Counted from the stretch's first letter, positions 38,081 to 48,719 are shown. The stretch: DNA of 64,000 nucleotides from an uncultured Verrucomicrobiota bacterium (GCA_964541675.1 CAZIPW010000003.1:22770-86769); one strand, 5' to 3'. Notes: generated by a model from the letters alone, not told the origin. Numbers and translations are program-made.

Positions 38081-40240
38081 TTACTTGGAAGTCAGATCTA
38101 TCAGTCCGTATCCGGCCTCCAACTCTGTCAGAAGTTCCTTGAGTCCCTTGGTGCCGTGCGAAAGCCCTTCGAGGAAGGCAGCCCATGCCGCCTGGGAACT
38201 GACAGGATCCATCTCTCCGCGCCGCGGGATGCCGTTGAGAAACTTGATACGATCCATGTAGCCGTTGATTTCAGAGATTATATTTGGGGCTACTTCATCA
38301 TCGATGACTTTAATGCGGCGTGCCAGTGCCTCTTCAAGGCTTCCGGGAGGCCCCTTATGCAGTTTATCCAGAGCCTTATCAGTCTCGTTAATGGCATTTG
38401 ACAAGGAAACTGGCAGTGCGCCACTATGGTGTATATATTCATGCTTCCTGTTCTGCTTTTCTGCGGGAGATAACTCTCGGCCGTCGGGGTCCTTTATGTC
38501 TTCCAGAACAGCGTATTCCTGTGCCTCGTTCAAAGCCCTATCTACGGCTTCTTTAATCAACCTATGAGAAGTGTGATTGGCCACAGAACCATATTTTTTT
38601 CCTGGGGTCTCCGGGTTATCGTCACGGACGGTATTGGGCAGTAGAATGCCCTGCGCAATCATCATGTCGTCGCACAACGTTACCAAATCCTTATCCTTTC
38701 CAAACAGAGTTCCTTGAATCTTGGGGTCGGCTCGCAGCAGTTTATCTATTTGTTCTTGGACTTCCGCAGTGGTATTCTCCTCTATGCTTTTTTGGAATTT
38801 ATGTGTCTCCGTTTTAAATGTCGTTCTGGAGATATTAGCAACATTTGTGGAAAAAGCTTCCAGAACCGTGCGATTCATGAGGTACTCCATCCGCTGCTCG
38901 GCGTTGCGCTCGCTTCTGAGAGCGTTTTCTATTTTTCCCCCATCTGATTTGGTTTGAGACACCAGCTTTTTTAGCGCCCCCTCCATCTTTTTCTTTTTAT
39001 TAGGATCTTCTTCTGCCTTGATTTGATCTTCAATCTTGGTTTTTAACTTAGAGTTAAGTTCTTGAAAACCCTGTTCATCGTCATCGAAATGCAAATTGTG
39101 GGTCAGCCGATCAACTTGGATCTCTTTCATTTTGAATGTGCCGTCCGCCTGCAATTCTGGTAATCCGTTTGCACCGAGGACAACCTTTTGAATTTTCAAG
39201 ACTTGCCCCGTTTCGTCCTTCAAGGCCGAGCTGAGTTTACCGCCAAGGATCTCTTTGAATGTTTTTTTGGGTTCCTCGCCGTCCTTTCCAACATATTCCT
39301 CAAATTTATCACGAAATTTTTTATCAGCTTCATTCTGTTCTTCGGCATATTCCCTAGCTCTCTCCTCATGTTGGAGCCGGGCCCTCTTTGTATCTTCTGG
39401 TCTGCTATATACGTATGGAACAAACTCCGGATAGTCGGGTAGGAGTGAGTATATTCCTTCTCCGTTGGCTTGTCGATCCGCTTGCGAGACAAGATTGCTC
39501 GCCCTCAGACGTCGGATAAATACATCTGTCAGGCTTAAAGACATAGGGTCACCGGCCGCATCATCCATTTTGAACTTGGCTCCCATCAGGCCCTTGATCT
39601 GCTTGGTGCCCAATTTAAGTTTAGAGGTACGATCGGAGGACATGAGTTCGGGAGCCAACTTTATAAAGAGTTCTGAAGTCATGCGGTCTGCCATGACGCG
39701 CTGAAATTTATCCTGCTCCGTATTAAGAGGATCCTCCAAATCGCCATATTTGACCTGATGTACGCCCAACTTGCCCTCATTATTCTTCCCATACCACTTT
39801 ACAGGAACGTCTCTATTGTGATTTTGAACATAGCTTGCGTAGTAATCGCCCTCGCCTTTATATATTTGTTTAGAGACGGTAAGCTCTGTATGCCAGCCTG
39901 TCATATACGCAACCTTTGCGTATCTGCCCAAAAGCCCACGACCCTGTGGAGAGGCGGGGTCTATTTTGATAAAAATTTCTTTGCCTACCACTCCGGAGGT
40001 ATCTTGAATGGCGAACTTAAACCCCGTGATATCGCCATTGGTGTCCAGAAAGAGCTGTCTGACAATTCCCCGGATTGACGTATTAAAGTGCTGTCCGCCC
40101 GATCCCACCATCTGATCCAATATGGGTAGATTGTCGAGCAACTCGTATCCTGTCTTGCGAAATTTAAATGACGGATCATCCTTGTCAAATTTTGGTTTTT
40201 GGGGTGTGGTAGGTGGTTCTGGTGTCGGTACGTCGGCCAT
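38081..40240 (-). CDS. large hypothetical protein (719 aa), highly charged, no NTPase motif
   Basis: Long clean ORF; Lys/Glu/Asp-rich; no Walker A or relaxase His triad recognised. Confidence 0.6.
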   Translation of the reverse strand: MADVPTPEPPTTPQKPKFDKDDPSFKFRKTGYELLDNLPILDQMVGSGGQHFNTSIRGIVRQLFLDTNGDITGFKFAIQDTSGVVGKEIFIKIDPASPQGRGLLGRYAKVAYMTGWHTELTVSKQIYKGEGDYYASYVQNHNRDVPVKWYGKNNEGKLGVHQVKYGDLEDPLNTEQDKFQRVMADRMTSELFIKLAPELMSSDRTSKLKLGTKQIKGLMGAKFKMDDAAGDPMSLSLTDVFIRRLRASNLVSQADRQANGEGIYSLLPDYPEFVPYVYSRPEDTKRARLQHEERAREYAEEQNEADKKFRDKFEEYVGKDGEEPKKTFKEILGGKLSSALKDETGQVLKIQKVVLGANGLPELQADGTFKMKEIQVDRLTHNLHFDDDEQGFQELNSKLKTKIEDQIKAEEDPNKKKKMEGALKKLVSQTKSDGGKIENALRSERNAEQRMEYLMNRTVLEAFSTNVANISRTTFKTETHKFQKSIEENTTAEVQEQIDKLLRADPKIQGTLFGKDKDLVTLCDDMMIAQGILLPNTVRDDNPETPGKKYGSVANHTSHRLIKEAVDRALNEAQEYAVLEDIKDPDGRELSPAEKQNRKHEYIHHSGALPVSLSNAINETDKALDKLHKGPPGSLEEALARRIKVIDDEVAPNIISEINGYMDRIKFLNGIPRRGEMDPVSSQAAWAAFLEGLSHGTKGLKELLTELEAGYGLIDLTSK

Positions 40241-40872
40241 ATTATAGAAGGATAATATATTTTACGGGATATTCAACTATTGGATTATAGCACAGTGTGT
40301 GTTTTTACATCTAAATATTTGTTAAAATGTAAAATCAGCTTTCAGTTTGGCTCTCAAACCAACTGGGAGAAGGCTCAGGATAGGCATAATAGGCCATACG
40401 GTCGACGATGATGGTAAGGGGAGAGAGATGCACGGCATTAGTATGGTAGCCGGTTTTACGGCGTTCCAGGCGCGGGACCTGTCGGTTGACAAAAGAGACA
40501 TTGCGGCCGCTCTCGCGGATCTGGGAGCACCAGAAAGAATGCCACAGCTGTCCATTGAAGGATATTTTGACATGGTATATGATCGGTCGTGGCACGCGGG
40601 TTATTATAGCAGTTTGGATTGCGTTTTGGAAGATTAAAAGAGAGGTGGGATCTTTGTCTATAAATAAGATATACGTTGCCTTATAATCACTGTTATCTCA
40701 CTGTTTTACAGTGATGATTGGGCATCTTGTTCATCATTATCTAAGGCTGTGAAAATCCCGGGAAGAAGGGTTATAGGATTTATTGGACACATAAGATATA
40801 TTTGAGACTGCGGCGAAGGTACTGTGGACGAGGTGCAGACATTATAACAGATTTTGGGGAGAGGGTAGGGGT

Positions 40873-40905
40873 CAAACAAAAACCCCCGTGTCGGAGAGAC
40901 ACAGG
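40873..40905 (-). terminator. rho-independent terminator at the 3' end of the T4SS operon
   Basis: Minus strand: CCUGUGUC-UCUCC-GACACGGG hairpin followed by GGUUUUUGUUUG. Confidence 0.55.
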
Positions 40906-40929
40906 AGTTCCTAAAGAGCGGATCTTTAT

Positions 40930-41835
40930 TTATCTTACATTGATCGCAGAGGTCGGTGGAGGTAGATTTGGAGTTGGATAGGCACTACCTGCAGTGGCAG
41001 GCGCAGGCTGCATAACCGGGTATCCGGGAGCTTGCGCGTAGCTGTTTCCAGCCGCCGGGGCATAAGCAGTCGGAGCCGCCATTGCGCCTGGAGTGGTGTA
41101 ATTGATTACCTGAGAGGCGGCCGGCAACGGGGCAGAAGTCTGGTAACTTGGTTGGGCAGCGGAGGTCTGATAGGGGACTACCGGGGCCGGAATCTGATTG
41201 GAGGGTACCAGAGCTGAGGAGGGTACCAATATCCATCCCAGTGACTCGTCAAATATCGGTATCTCGCCGTTTTGTGCCATCGACCGGGCAAGAGGCTCCT
41301 GGGAACGTTCAACAAAACCGGTGACGCGCACCGAAGAGAGATCCTGTATCAAGGAAGCCTGTATGGGGCGCACGCTTGGACCAGCCGGGGTCTGGGCGGA
41401 TCCCGGAGCAACCATCGGATTGGCTGTATATCCATTTTTGGAGGGTACCGGAGGAACATTTTCCGACGGGACGTAGGCTCTCGTGGGATTGCGCAGAGCG
41501 TCGACGTTCCAGCCGCCGGGTTGCTTGACGACATACTTGACTGACGGGCCAAAAGCTTCACCTTTCTCATTCACATAGGCATCGAGATCCACTCTCACTA
41601 ATTGGGCATCGTTCCAGACCGGCAGAGGGCTTTGGTTGATGGTGGCAGGTTGTGGCTCATTGATGGCTGCGTTGGGGACCACGCTCAGGGCGGGCTGCAC
41701 GGGTGGTGGTGGCTCGCGACGGGCCTGGTAGACTTCTATGGCGGACGGACCCGGGAGTGTTCTGTGTTCCGGGAGGAAGGAACCGCAGCCGGCCAGCAGG
41801 CCGGTGAGGGCTATGAGAAGGAGAGGATAATACAT
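40930..41835 (-). CDS. Pro-rich lipoprotein (301 aa), T4SS-associated
   Basis: Lipobox LLAGC after the signal peptide; Pro/Ala/Gln-rich low-complexity C-terminus; last gene of the trb-like operon. Confidence 0.55.
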   Translation of the reverse strand: MYYPLLLIALTGLLAGCGSFLPEHRTLPGPSAIEVYQARREPPPPVQPALSVVPNAAINEPQPATINQSPLPVWNDAQLVRVDLDAYVNEKGEAFGPSVKYVVKQPGGWNVDALRNPTRAYVPSENVPPVPSKNGYTANPMVAPGSAQTPAGPSVRPIQASLIQDLSSVRVTGFVERSQEPLARSMAQNGEIPIFDESLGWILVPSSALVPSNQIPAPVVPYQTSAAQPSYQTSAPLPAASQVINYTTPGAMAAPTAYAPAAGNSYAQAPGYPVMQPAPATAGSAYPTPNLPPPTSAINVR

Positions 41836-41871
41836 GGAATTATGTACGGTTGGATTTTGATTAAATTTAGA

Positions 41872-43479
41872 TCATTCGACGTCTCCGGTCGGCCAGCTGA
41901 TATTTGGGCTTACGGAAGGCGGGGCCGCGGCGACTTGGTCTCCAGCGGAAGAGTTGCCGCCCTTGAGTGCCTGCATAAGCTGCTGTATCTGGGCGTTCTT
42001 GGCGGCCTGGGCTTGCTGCTGCGTCTGCTGCTGTTGCGCCTGCGCGGCTGCCTGGGCTTGCTGCTGCTGGGCTTGTGTTTGGCCCGCCGCGCCGCCAGCG
42101 CCAGCCTTGGTCGGGGCCGACGAGAATCCCGCTTTTTCAAGAGTGCCATTGGGGGCTATCGGATTATTCTCAAATCCCGGCAGAGCCACCTGTTTGCTAT
42201 CAAGGGAACCCGCTATATGGGCTTTGGTGAGATCCAGCGGGCTGCGCAACGAGACGTAGGCCTTTGTACCTATCGGCACAACGACTTTCTCTATATAGCG
42301 TCTATCGAGGCGCGTCTGTATTTTATTTGCCTGCTGGTTGATAAGGTCGGAAGCATTTGACAACGCGCTGGTGTACGTGGTGCCGCCATTGCTGCTGATG
42401 TGTTCGCTGCTAAAGCGCTGGGCGGTTGCCTGAGTCCATAGATCGATAAACTCTGCCACGAAGGGAGTCATCTGTATCGCGAAAGGCTGGGGTATGTAGT
42501 AACCCCGCACGCCGGAGGATAGATCCGAGGCGTCTTTCAAAAATCCGCTTATAGGCAGTTCTCTGCCGTCTGGATACAGAATGGTATCCACGTCGATCAT
42601 GACGCGGTCTTCAAAATTGGAACCTCCGGCTGTGCCAAGCAGTCGCGTACCGAAGGGAAGCTGTATTTTATGTTGGAAGATGACATTCTCTGCCACCGCC
42701 ATGACGACCATATCTTCCTGGTTGACAGTCTGGACCGTGGAGAGGATATAGACGGGGAATATGGTGCCGCGGGGCAGGAAATCGTTGGTATCAAAACCAG
42801 TCGGGATTGCGACCTTATCCTGGGTGGGCTTGGTATCGCGTTGGTAATCGTATATGGTCAGCCCTCCCGCGCTGATGCCAGAAGCCTGCGAACCACCGCT
42901 GCCGCCCTTGGATGAGCCAGAGGATAGTCCCTTGCCCGAAGCCCCTGTTTGTCCCCCGGGTCCGGGAGTTCCTTCCGCAGAGGACGTGACCGCCGCTTTC
43001 TTCTTCAGGGCTTCTATTTCGGCGCTGGCTTCAGCTTCTGCCTGTGCTTTTGCCTGTGCCACGGCCTCAGCCTTTTCGCGTTCGGCCTTTTCCTGGTTGC
43101 TGCGGAGGAGTTCCACGGTGTCTTGAATGGTATCCATGTCGTCAGGTGCGGCGGCTTTTTTGGGGGTATCGGCCGACTGTGAGTCGTCATGAAATTCCAC
43201 GCCTCGGGCGGACTTGATTTCCATGCCGATACCAGTGGCCTGTTTCACGTTGGTAGTTTCCTCGTGCGCCACGGCAGCTTTGGCTATGGTCTGTACACTG
43301 GTCGGATTGGAGGGGCCTGTGGCGGCTGGGCCTTCATTGCCAAACCCGGGTTCATGGGCGTGCTGGCGGATATTCCAGAGCACCACGCCTCCTATCATCA
43401 GCGCGCAGATGATAAGATATACTCCGGCGCCGAGCCTGGGCTCGCCCGTTTTCGGATCTTTGGTCTGAAAGAAACCCAT
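41872..43479 (-). CDS. trbI: TrbI/VirB10-family T4SS protein (535 aa)
   Basis: N-terminal TM helix VYLIICALMIGGVVLW, long Ala/Gln/Gly/Ser low-complexity linker, C-terminal beta-rich domain; position in the operon. Confidence 0.65.
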   Translation of the reverse strand: MGFFQTKDPKTGEPRLGAGVYLIICALMIGGVVLWNIRQHAHEPGFGNEGPAATGPSNPTSVQTIAKAAVAHEETTNVKQATGIGMEIKSARGVEFHDDSQSADTPKKAAAPDDMDTIQDTVELLRSNQEKAEREKAEAVAQAKAQAEAEASAEIEALKKKAAVTSSAEGTPGPGGQTGASGKGLSSGSSKGGSGGSQASGISAGGLTIYDYQRDTKPTQDKVAIPTGFDTNDFLPRGTIFPVYILSTVQTVNQEDMVVMAVAENVIFQHKIQLPFGTRLLGTAGGSNFEDRVMIDVDTILYPDGRELPISGFLKDASDLSSGVRGYYIPQPFAIQMTPFVAEFIDLWTQATAQRFSSEHISSNGGTTYTSALSNASDLINQQANKIQTRLDRRYIEKVVVPIGTKAYVSLRSPLDLTKAHIAGSLDSKQVALPGFENNPIAPNGTLEKAGFSSAPTKAGAGGAAGQTQAQQQQAQAAAQAQQQQTQQQAQAAKNAQIQQLMQALKGGNSSAGDQVAAAPPSVSPNISWPTGDVE

Positions 43480-43491
43480 ATTTTTATAGAA

Positions 43492-44364
43492 TTAGTGTAA
43501 AAGTGCTTTGACGGAGGAGGCTTCGGGAGGGAGCTTGAGTTCCCAGGGGTTATCCATGCTCAGGCGGTATCCCTGTATAAAGAGCCACACGGTTTCCAAC
43601 TGTCCCGGATAAACTGTGCCGTCGGTAGCCTGCATCCTGGCAGTGACAGGAATCTGTTTGTTGGCTATCCATACTTCGTACTGGCTGTCCTTGATATAGA
43701 AAGCCTTGTTCTGCTCATTGAGCCATTGGACCTTGAGGACAATCATGTCCTTGTCAACGAACTGATGCGCTTCCAGCAGATGTACCAGATTGCCGTTCCA
43801 CTGGTAGATCTTGTTGATGGGCCTCATCCGGTAGTAGGTCAGCTTGGAACGAAGGACCGGATCCAACTGGGCCTGCTCGATCTGATTGGTGGCCGCGATG
43901 ACGTCTATCTCGCCTGGCTTGAGCCTGGGAGCCTTGGCGAGCTGAGCCATATCGGCGTTGAGCTGCTCCTGGGGGAAGGTGAAAGTCCTGCGAAAGTCTA
44001 TTTTGCTTCCATCGGCGACTATGTTGATTGTGAAGAGATATATGGTGCCGTCCACCAGGATATTCATGTTGGTGCGTCCCTCCGATATCTTGGGGAAGAT
44101 ATCAATGATCTTCCGGCCGGGGTCGAATTTGACCTCGGCAATGGGGCTGCCGATTTTGATGGTCTCTATCTTTTTCTGTGTGAGAAATTCCAGAGAAGTG
44201 ACGACTCCCACGGCGCAATAGATATTCTCCACCTTGGTGGGCTCAAGGCAGATGGGAGTTTGCCCCGGAGGGGTCGCCGGTGCCGGTGGCAGAGCCGCGG
44301 GAGCCTCGGCCCATAGCTGCGCTGCAGCGAGCGTAAAATACAGCAGAAGAATATTCTTTTTCAT
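43492..44364 (-). CDS. trbG: TrbG/VirB9-family T4SS outer-membrane component (290 aa)
   Basis: Signal peptide; size and position between the VirB8-like and VirB10-like genes. Confidence 0.6.
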   Translation of the reverse strand: MKKNILLLYFTLAAAQLWAEAPAALPPAPATPPGQTPICLEPTKVENIYCAVGVVTSLEFLTQKKIETIKIGSPIAEVKFDPGRKIIDIFPKISEGRTNMNILVDGTIYLFTINIVADGSKIDFRRTFTFPQEQLNADMAQLAKAPRLKPGEIDVIAATNQIEQAQLDPVLRSKLTYYRMRPINKIYQWNGNLVHLLEAHQFVDKDMIVLKVQWLNEQNKAFYIKDSQYEVWIANKQIPVTARMQATDGTVYPGQLETVWLFIQGYRLSMDNPWELKLPPEASSVKALLH

Positions 44365-44392
44365 ACCTAGGTTCTTTTACGGATTAATGGGA

Positions 44393-45115
44393 TTATTTTT
44401 TAGATGTTTGTGGAGTCTTGGGAGTCGCCGGCGTCGTCTCCTGCGGTTTGGTCGCCTCTTCGATAAGAGCCTGGCGCTCTTTGTTGTAGTAGTCTTTGGG
44501 ATCCAGGGTGATAACGGTAGTGACGAACCACCCCATGGCATTTTCGTTGGTGGGTTCTCTCTTATCCACTGCCACCAGCAGATATACGGGGGTGTTCGAT
44601 ACGCCGTTCATGTCATTGACGTTCAGCAGCCCATGCACGCGATACACGCGGCGGGAGCTGTTTGCCCCCCCCATGATGTTCTCAAAATCCTGTATGTAGA
44701 ATGTCTGGGAGTATCCTTTTTTGCTCTTGCGGGCCCTGGCAAAATCATAATCGATCCTGGCCAGGCAGTAATCGTCGGTGTAGCTTCTCAGTTCCGGGAT
44801 GACGCCCTTTTCGGTGCGCGTGAACAGATAGGAGATGACGTGCCGGAGATGCTGGGTTAGGAACTCCTCTTTCTTCTGCGCGGCCTGCGGGGTGTCATCA
44901 TTGACGGGGGTGCCGAAGGCCGGCTCTCCCGTGGCTGTGTATGCCTCCACACGGGCCGTTTGCTGGGCCTTCCCGTACAGGCAGACAATCCCGACAAGAG
45001 TGAGTATCCAGATCACAATATGGCCGACCACTAGCAGAATAAAATTCCGCTTTACCTTGTCGGAGTGAAACCACTCATCCATGTCCGGCTTTGGATTTAT
45101 CCAATATGGGTTCAT
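44393..45115 (-). CDS. trbF: TrbF/VirB8-family bitopic T4SS protein (240 aa)
   Basis: N-terminal TM helix FILLVVGHIVIWILTLVGIVCLY plus a periplasmic domain of about 170 aa; operon position. Confidence 0.55.
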   Translation of the reverse strand: MNPYWINPKPDMDEWFHSDKVKRNFILLVVGHIVIWILTLVGIVCLYGKAQQTARVEAYTATGEPAFGTPVNDDTPQAAQKKEEFLTQHLRHVISYLFTRTEKGVIPELRSYTDDYCLARIDYDFARARKSKKGYSQTFYIQDFENIMGGANSSRRVYRVHGLLNVNDMNGVSNTPVYLLVAVDKREPTNENAMGWFVTTVITLDPKDYYNKERQALIEEATKPQETTPATPKTPQTSKK

Positions 45116-45942
45116 TTAAAAAACCTTTCGTTGTCGGCATCCCATTTTTTTACCGCGGACTCTCCGTGGACTTCATCGAGTTCCTCCAGGGTAAAGGGAA
45201 ATGGATTGATCTCGGTGACTGGCGTGCAGCGCAGTATCAATTTTGCGCGATATGGCTGCACACGATTAAGCGGATTCCCATTGATATCCTGGAGTGCCTG
45301 GGAAATGAAGCCATTGACGAAGACGGCCATGTTTCCCGTCTCGGGATTGGGAATGGGGGGCCGAACCATGGTGATGGAAAGGCTCTGGAACATCTTCATC
45401 TTCTCGATGGTGGAGCGGTCATGCTCCTCGCGCGCCTTGATTTTTTCCAGTATCTCCGGCTTTACCATGCCGGACAGGAGGTCAAGTGGCGTATCGGTGT
45501 GCGGATTGAACTGGTATAGATATTGCAAGGTCGTGGTAATGTAGTATTTTGTCTGATCCCACGTCATGCTGGGGTCGATCTTCTGGTAATCTGTCTGGTA
45601 ATACGCCTTCGCGGCCTCTTCCAAGCTGGGGGCTCCGACCTGCATATAAGTGGGGCGGGTAAAAGCCATATAGACTCCTCCCCAGACCAGCAGGGCAAAG
45701 GCAATATGCGCTATCAGGGAGATTTTGATCCACATATTCTGCTGGATAGACCATGAGAACTCAGCCAGATGGTGAAAGAGCGGACCTTTCTCATCAAGGG
45801 GCTTGGTAACGTCTCCATGCCGTGGCTGTGCCTCCGCTCCCTTGGGATTTTTAAGCGATTGAATGAAAGAGAGTAAACCGCTGTCAGGTTTGTCTGGCTG
45901 GGGCGCGGGAGTATCGGGAGTTGGTGTTGCGGGCTGCTCCAT
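45112..45942 (-). CDS. bitopic membrane protein (276 aa), possibly a second VirB8-like component
   Basis: TM helix ISLIAHIAFALLVWGGVYMAF followed by a soluble domain; 4-nt overlap with the downstream trbF-like gene. Confidence 0.4.
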   Translation of the reverse strand: MEQPATPTPDTPAPQPDKPDSGLLSFIQSLKNPKGAEAQPRHGDVTKPLDEKGPLFHHLAEFSWSIQQNMWIKISLIAHIAFALLVWGGVYMAFTRPTYMQVGAPSLEEAAKAYYQTDYQKIDPSMTWDQTKYYITTTLQYLYQFNPHTDTPLDLLSGMVKPEILEKIKAREEHDRSTIEKMKMFQSLSITMVRPPIPNPETGNMAVFVNGFISQALQDINGNPLNRVQPYRAKLILRCTPVTEINPFPFTLEELDEVHGESAVKKWDADNERFFK

Positions 45943-46025
45943 GATGGTACGTATGCCCTAACGGACGAAAAAGGAGCGATATTTAGAGTAGAAACCGAGA
46001 TTACAAACGAGACGGGAACCTTCTG

Positions 46026-48719
46026 CTACGATCTTTTGGCGGGTTTCCCATCTGGTCCCAAAATAGGGCTGGGAGCCGGCTCGTCAATGGATATCGGGGC
46101 ATTTTTAACTACCGCGGAGAGTTTTTTGGGCTGTGGAGCGCCGCGGTTTGCCACCATATCGGTGAAAGTCTGCGCCCCCATGCCCTTTAGAACATTTGTG
46201 GGATCACCGCTTACAGCGGCTGCAGCCGCCACAAAAGTTCTACCCGCCGATGAATCGGCAAGGCGCAAAAAAGCCTGTCTGGGATCCGCCGCGATTTCTT
46301 TCAGCTTTGGCACGATGGAATTGGTATAGTCGTCTTTCATGCCCGCCCCGATATTTTGGGCGGTTTGCGCTCCCGGTAGTTTTGATGCCACAGCCCCCAT
46401 TCTGCTAATGGCGGAAGAGCCTATTCCTTGTACCGCGCTTGCGGCATTCTTGACCCCGGTAAGTGCCTTGCCCGCGTAACCTCCCGTTAGCCTGTTTAGA
46501 CCCTGTCCGACCTTGCTAAGACCTTGTCCGGCTTTGTTCAAAGCGCCCTTTGCGGCCCCTCCCACGGCCTTGCCTGTGGCTGATCCTGCCAGTTTTCCAA
46601 TTCCGGCGGTCGCGGCTCCCCCCATCAGGACGGCTCCGACGGCTCCAGCCGCCAGCGCGCTGACAGCCCCCATGATCATGGGAGCCACGACAGAGGATCC
46701 CTCCTTAAAGGCCTTGAAGATCTTTGGAGCCAGCACCAGACAGACAGCGGTACCCACCATGTACATGATGGCAAATCCTATCGCGATGCCGACCTCCCTT
46801 CCCCAGGCAAAAGCGGCTGTCGGAGGGAAGAAGTGGGCGACAGTCACCGCCGCGCCGGCAATCTTGCCTCCCGTACTCTGGAAGGTGATCCAATCTTCCA
46901 CCTGTCCGATGAAGCCCTCGAACATCATCGTCAGGACGTTGAAGGTCAAAGCAGTAAAGGCCACGGAGATGAGCGTATCCATCGCCCCGGAGAAGGCCTT
47001 CTCTGTCTTCTTGTAGAACCAGAAAGGGTAGGCCAGCATGAGAAGATAGACATAGCACTCAATTGTGAAGTTGAAGATCGAGTCAGCCATCCAGGCGACG
47101 AAGGGTATCCAGAAGCTTTTGACAATACTGATGGCCAGATCCGCGAAGAGCCTGGGAAGATTGACAAGGACCTTGAAGATGTTCCCCATGGTGCTCTCGC
47201 CGCTGCCCTGTTCTACGGTCGAAGTGGCGGTCTGTCCGGTAGGTATGGTGCCTTTTAAATTGGTGGTCTGCGAAGACCCCATGACATTGGTCTGGAACCA
47301 GGCAAGGGTTTGATCTCTTACCTGCCCTATGTAATCGGTCGTATCGGAAGTCGACGGATCATTGAGCGCGCAGTACGTCTGGTCAAGTGTCAGCAGATTG
47401 TCGCCCAGGCAGGTGCTGTTTGGAGCAGTCCCTCCGCTTGAGCCCTGAAATATGTCATTCTCATTCTGTCCGTTTTCCCAGGCCGCGACGATATTGCCGG
47501 AGCTGTAAGTATTGGCCATTAGCCGGAGGTATGTGGCCAGACGCGAATTGTACATGCCCAGAAGCGCCTGTCCCGAAGCTGTATTATTCGCGTATGTCAG
47601 TATGGGAGAACCACTGCTGCTATATGTGGTGGCATCGCTCCAATTTAACTTTGGGTATGTACTGTTGGCGGCCGTCGGATCAGAGGCATAATTGACAATG
47701 TAATTGGGACTGCTGGCGCTCGTCATGCCAAAGGGGAACCCCACATAGTTAATCAGATTGGTCCATTGACTTGCGTTGCCGAGCGGAGTGGTCGCTCCCA
47801 CAACAGGTGGATCTTGAGAATCATCAATTGTGACTGCGGAGAGAGTCCCGCAAGGGAAGCTGTTCATGGCCGAATTCAGCGCGGCCACTAGGACAGCCAG
47901 CCGCGCCCTGCCACTGTTGATGGCTGTCTGCTGCTGCTGCTGTGGGGTGGGTGTGCTGCCCGGGGTGGCCGGCACATTGACAATCGCGTAGGCGTACTGT
48001 GTCATTATCTTGTTGACCGCCGCGATAATGCCCTGATCACGGACGCCGCGCGTGGCAATGTTCTTGGGACTGGCGTTTGCCAGATTTTTGGCCGCCTGGT
48101 TGACCCCTGTATTGTTGCTATTGGGCGCTATCATGCACAGGACAATGGTCTCTCCCAAATCCTTCAACTGCATGGCTATGGCATAGACAAAGGGCATATT
48201 GTATACCACCACAAGTCCCATCATCAGCTTGAGTATGAGAGGGGTGATTTCCAGACCGCCTTTGCCCTTCGATACCTCGCCCATGATTCCCATCCAGCGG
48301 AAACCTATCATTAGCGCCAGGAATCCATTGAAGATCAAAAAGATGCCATTGGTAAAGGTGGGAGCATTCCCGCTGGTGCCGTCCGAGCCTACGTCATAGC
48401 CCTCCAGAAAAGTGAAGTTGATGCCTACGGAACGCATCGTCGGCCCGCCGGATTTTTTGAAGAGCGTGGCGTAGTCAAAGCTGCCCGGCGGAACCATTGT
48501 GTAGGCGCGCCCCAGCACCGTTACTTTCATCGTGGTAACCGCCGAAGCCATTCCATATTTGTTTGCAGCCGCGCTCAGCTTGTCGTACTGCACTTTCAGC
48601 AGCGCGGTGGTGATGGTATTCTGTCCCCAGGCACCTATTCCTCCGGCGGCGGTCAAGGCCCACAACCCCGAGGGCAACAGGGCGGTAAATAGCAGTATAA
48701 ATATCAGTCGTGTTTTCAT
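46026..48719 (-). CDS. trbL: TrbL/VirB6-family polytopic T4SS membrane protein (897 aa) with Gly/Ala-rich C-terminal extension
   Basis: Signal peptide, multiple TM helices in the central region, long G/A/K-rich C-terminal tail; follows the trbJ-like gene with a 4-nt overlap. Confidence 0.6.
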   Translation of the reverse strand: MKTRLIFILLFTALLPSGLWALTAAGGIGAWGQNTITTALLKVQYDKLSAAANKYGMASAVTTMKVTVLGRAYTMVPPGSFDYATLFKKSGGPTMRSVGINFTFLEGYDVGSDGTSGNAPTFTNGIFLIFNGFLALMIGFRWMGIMGEVSKGKGGLEITPLILKLMMGLVVVYNMPFVYAIAMQLKDLGETIVLCMIAPNSNNTGVNQAAKNLANASPKNIATRGVRDQGIIAAVNKIMTQYAYAIVNVPATPGSTPTPQQQQQTAINSGRARLAVLVAALNSAMNSFPCGTLSAVTIDDSQDPPVVGATTPLGNASQWTNLINYVGFPFGMTSASSPNYIVNYASDPTAANSTYPKLNWSDATTYSSSGSPILTYANNTASGQALLGMYNSRLATYLRLMANTYSSGNIVAAWENGQNENDIFQGSSGGTAPNSTCLGDNLLTLDQTYCALNDPSTSDTTDYIGQVRDQTLAWFQTNVMGSSQTTNLKGTIPTGQTATSTVEQGSGESTMGNIFKVLVNLPRLFADLAISIVKSFWIPFVAWMADSIFNFTIECYVYLLMLAYPFWFYKKTEKAFSGAMDTLISVAFTALTFNVLTMMFEGFIGQVEDWITFQSTGGKIAGAAVTVAHFFPPTAAFAWGREVGIAIGFAIMYMVGTAVCLVLAPKIFKAFKEGSSVVAPMIMGAVSALAAGAVGAVLMGGAATAGIGKLAGSATGKAVGGAAKGALNKAGQGLSKVGQGLNRLTGGYAGKALTGVKNAASAVQGIGSSAISRMGAVASKLPGAQTAQNIGAGMKDDYTNSIVPKLKEIAADPRQAFLRLADSSAGRTFVAAAAAVSGDPTNVLKGMGAQTFTDMVANRGAPQPKKLSAVVKNAPISIDEPAPSPILGPDGKPAKRS

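Noticed and set aside
38081-40240. Considered as relaxase or coupling protein of the conjugative element
   Set aside because: No Walker A/B motif (so not VirD4), and no N-terminal catalytic Tyr plus 3-His (HxDxxxxHxH) relaxase signature could be found. It is left as hypothetical
41954-42259. Cys/Ala/Trp-rich 101-aa ORF (and neighbouring ORFs) inside the TrbI region
   Set aside because: It lies antisense to the GC-rich low-complexity linker of the TrbI/VirB10-like gene; the composition-driven open frame is spurious
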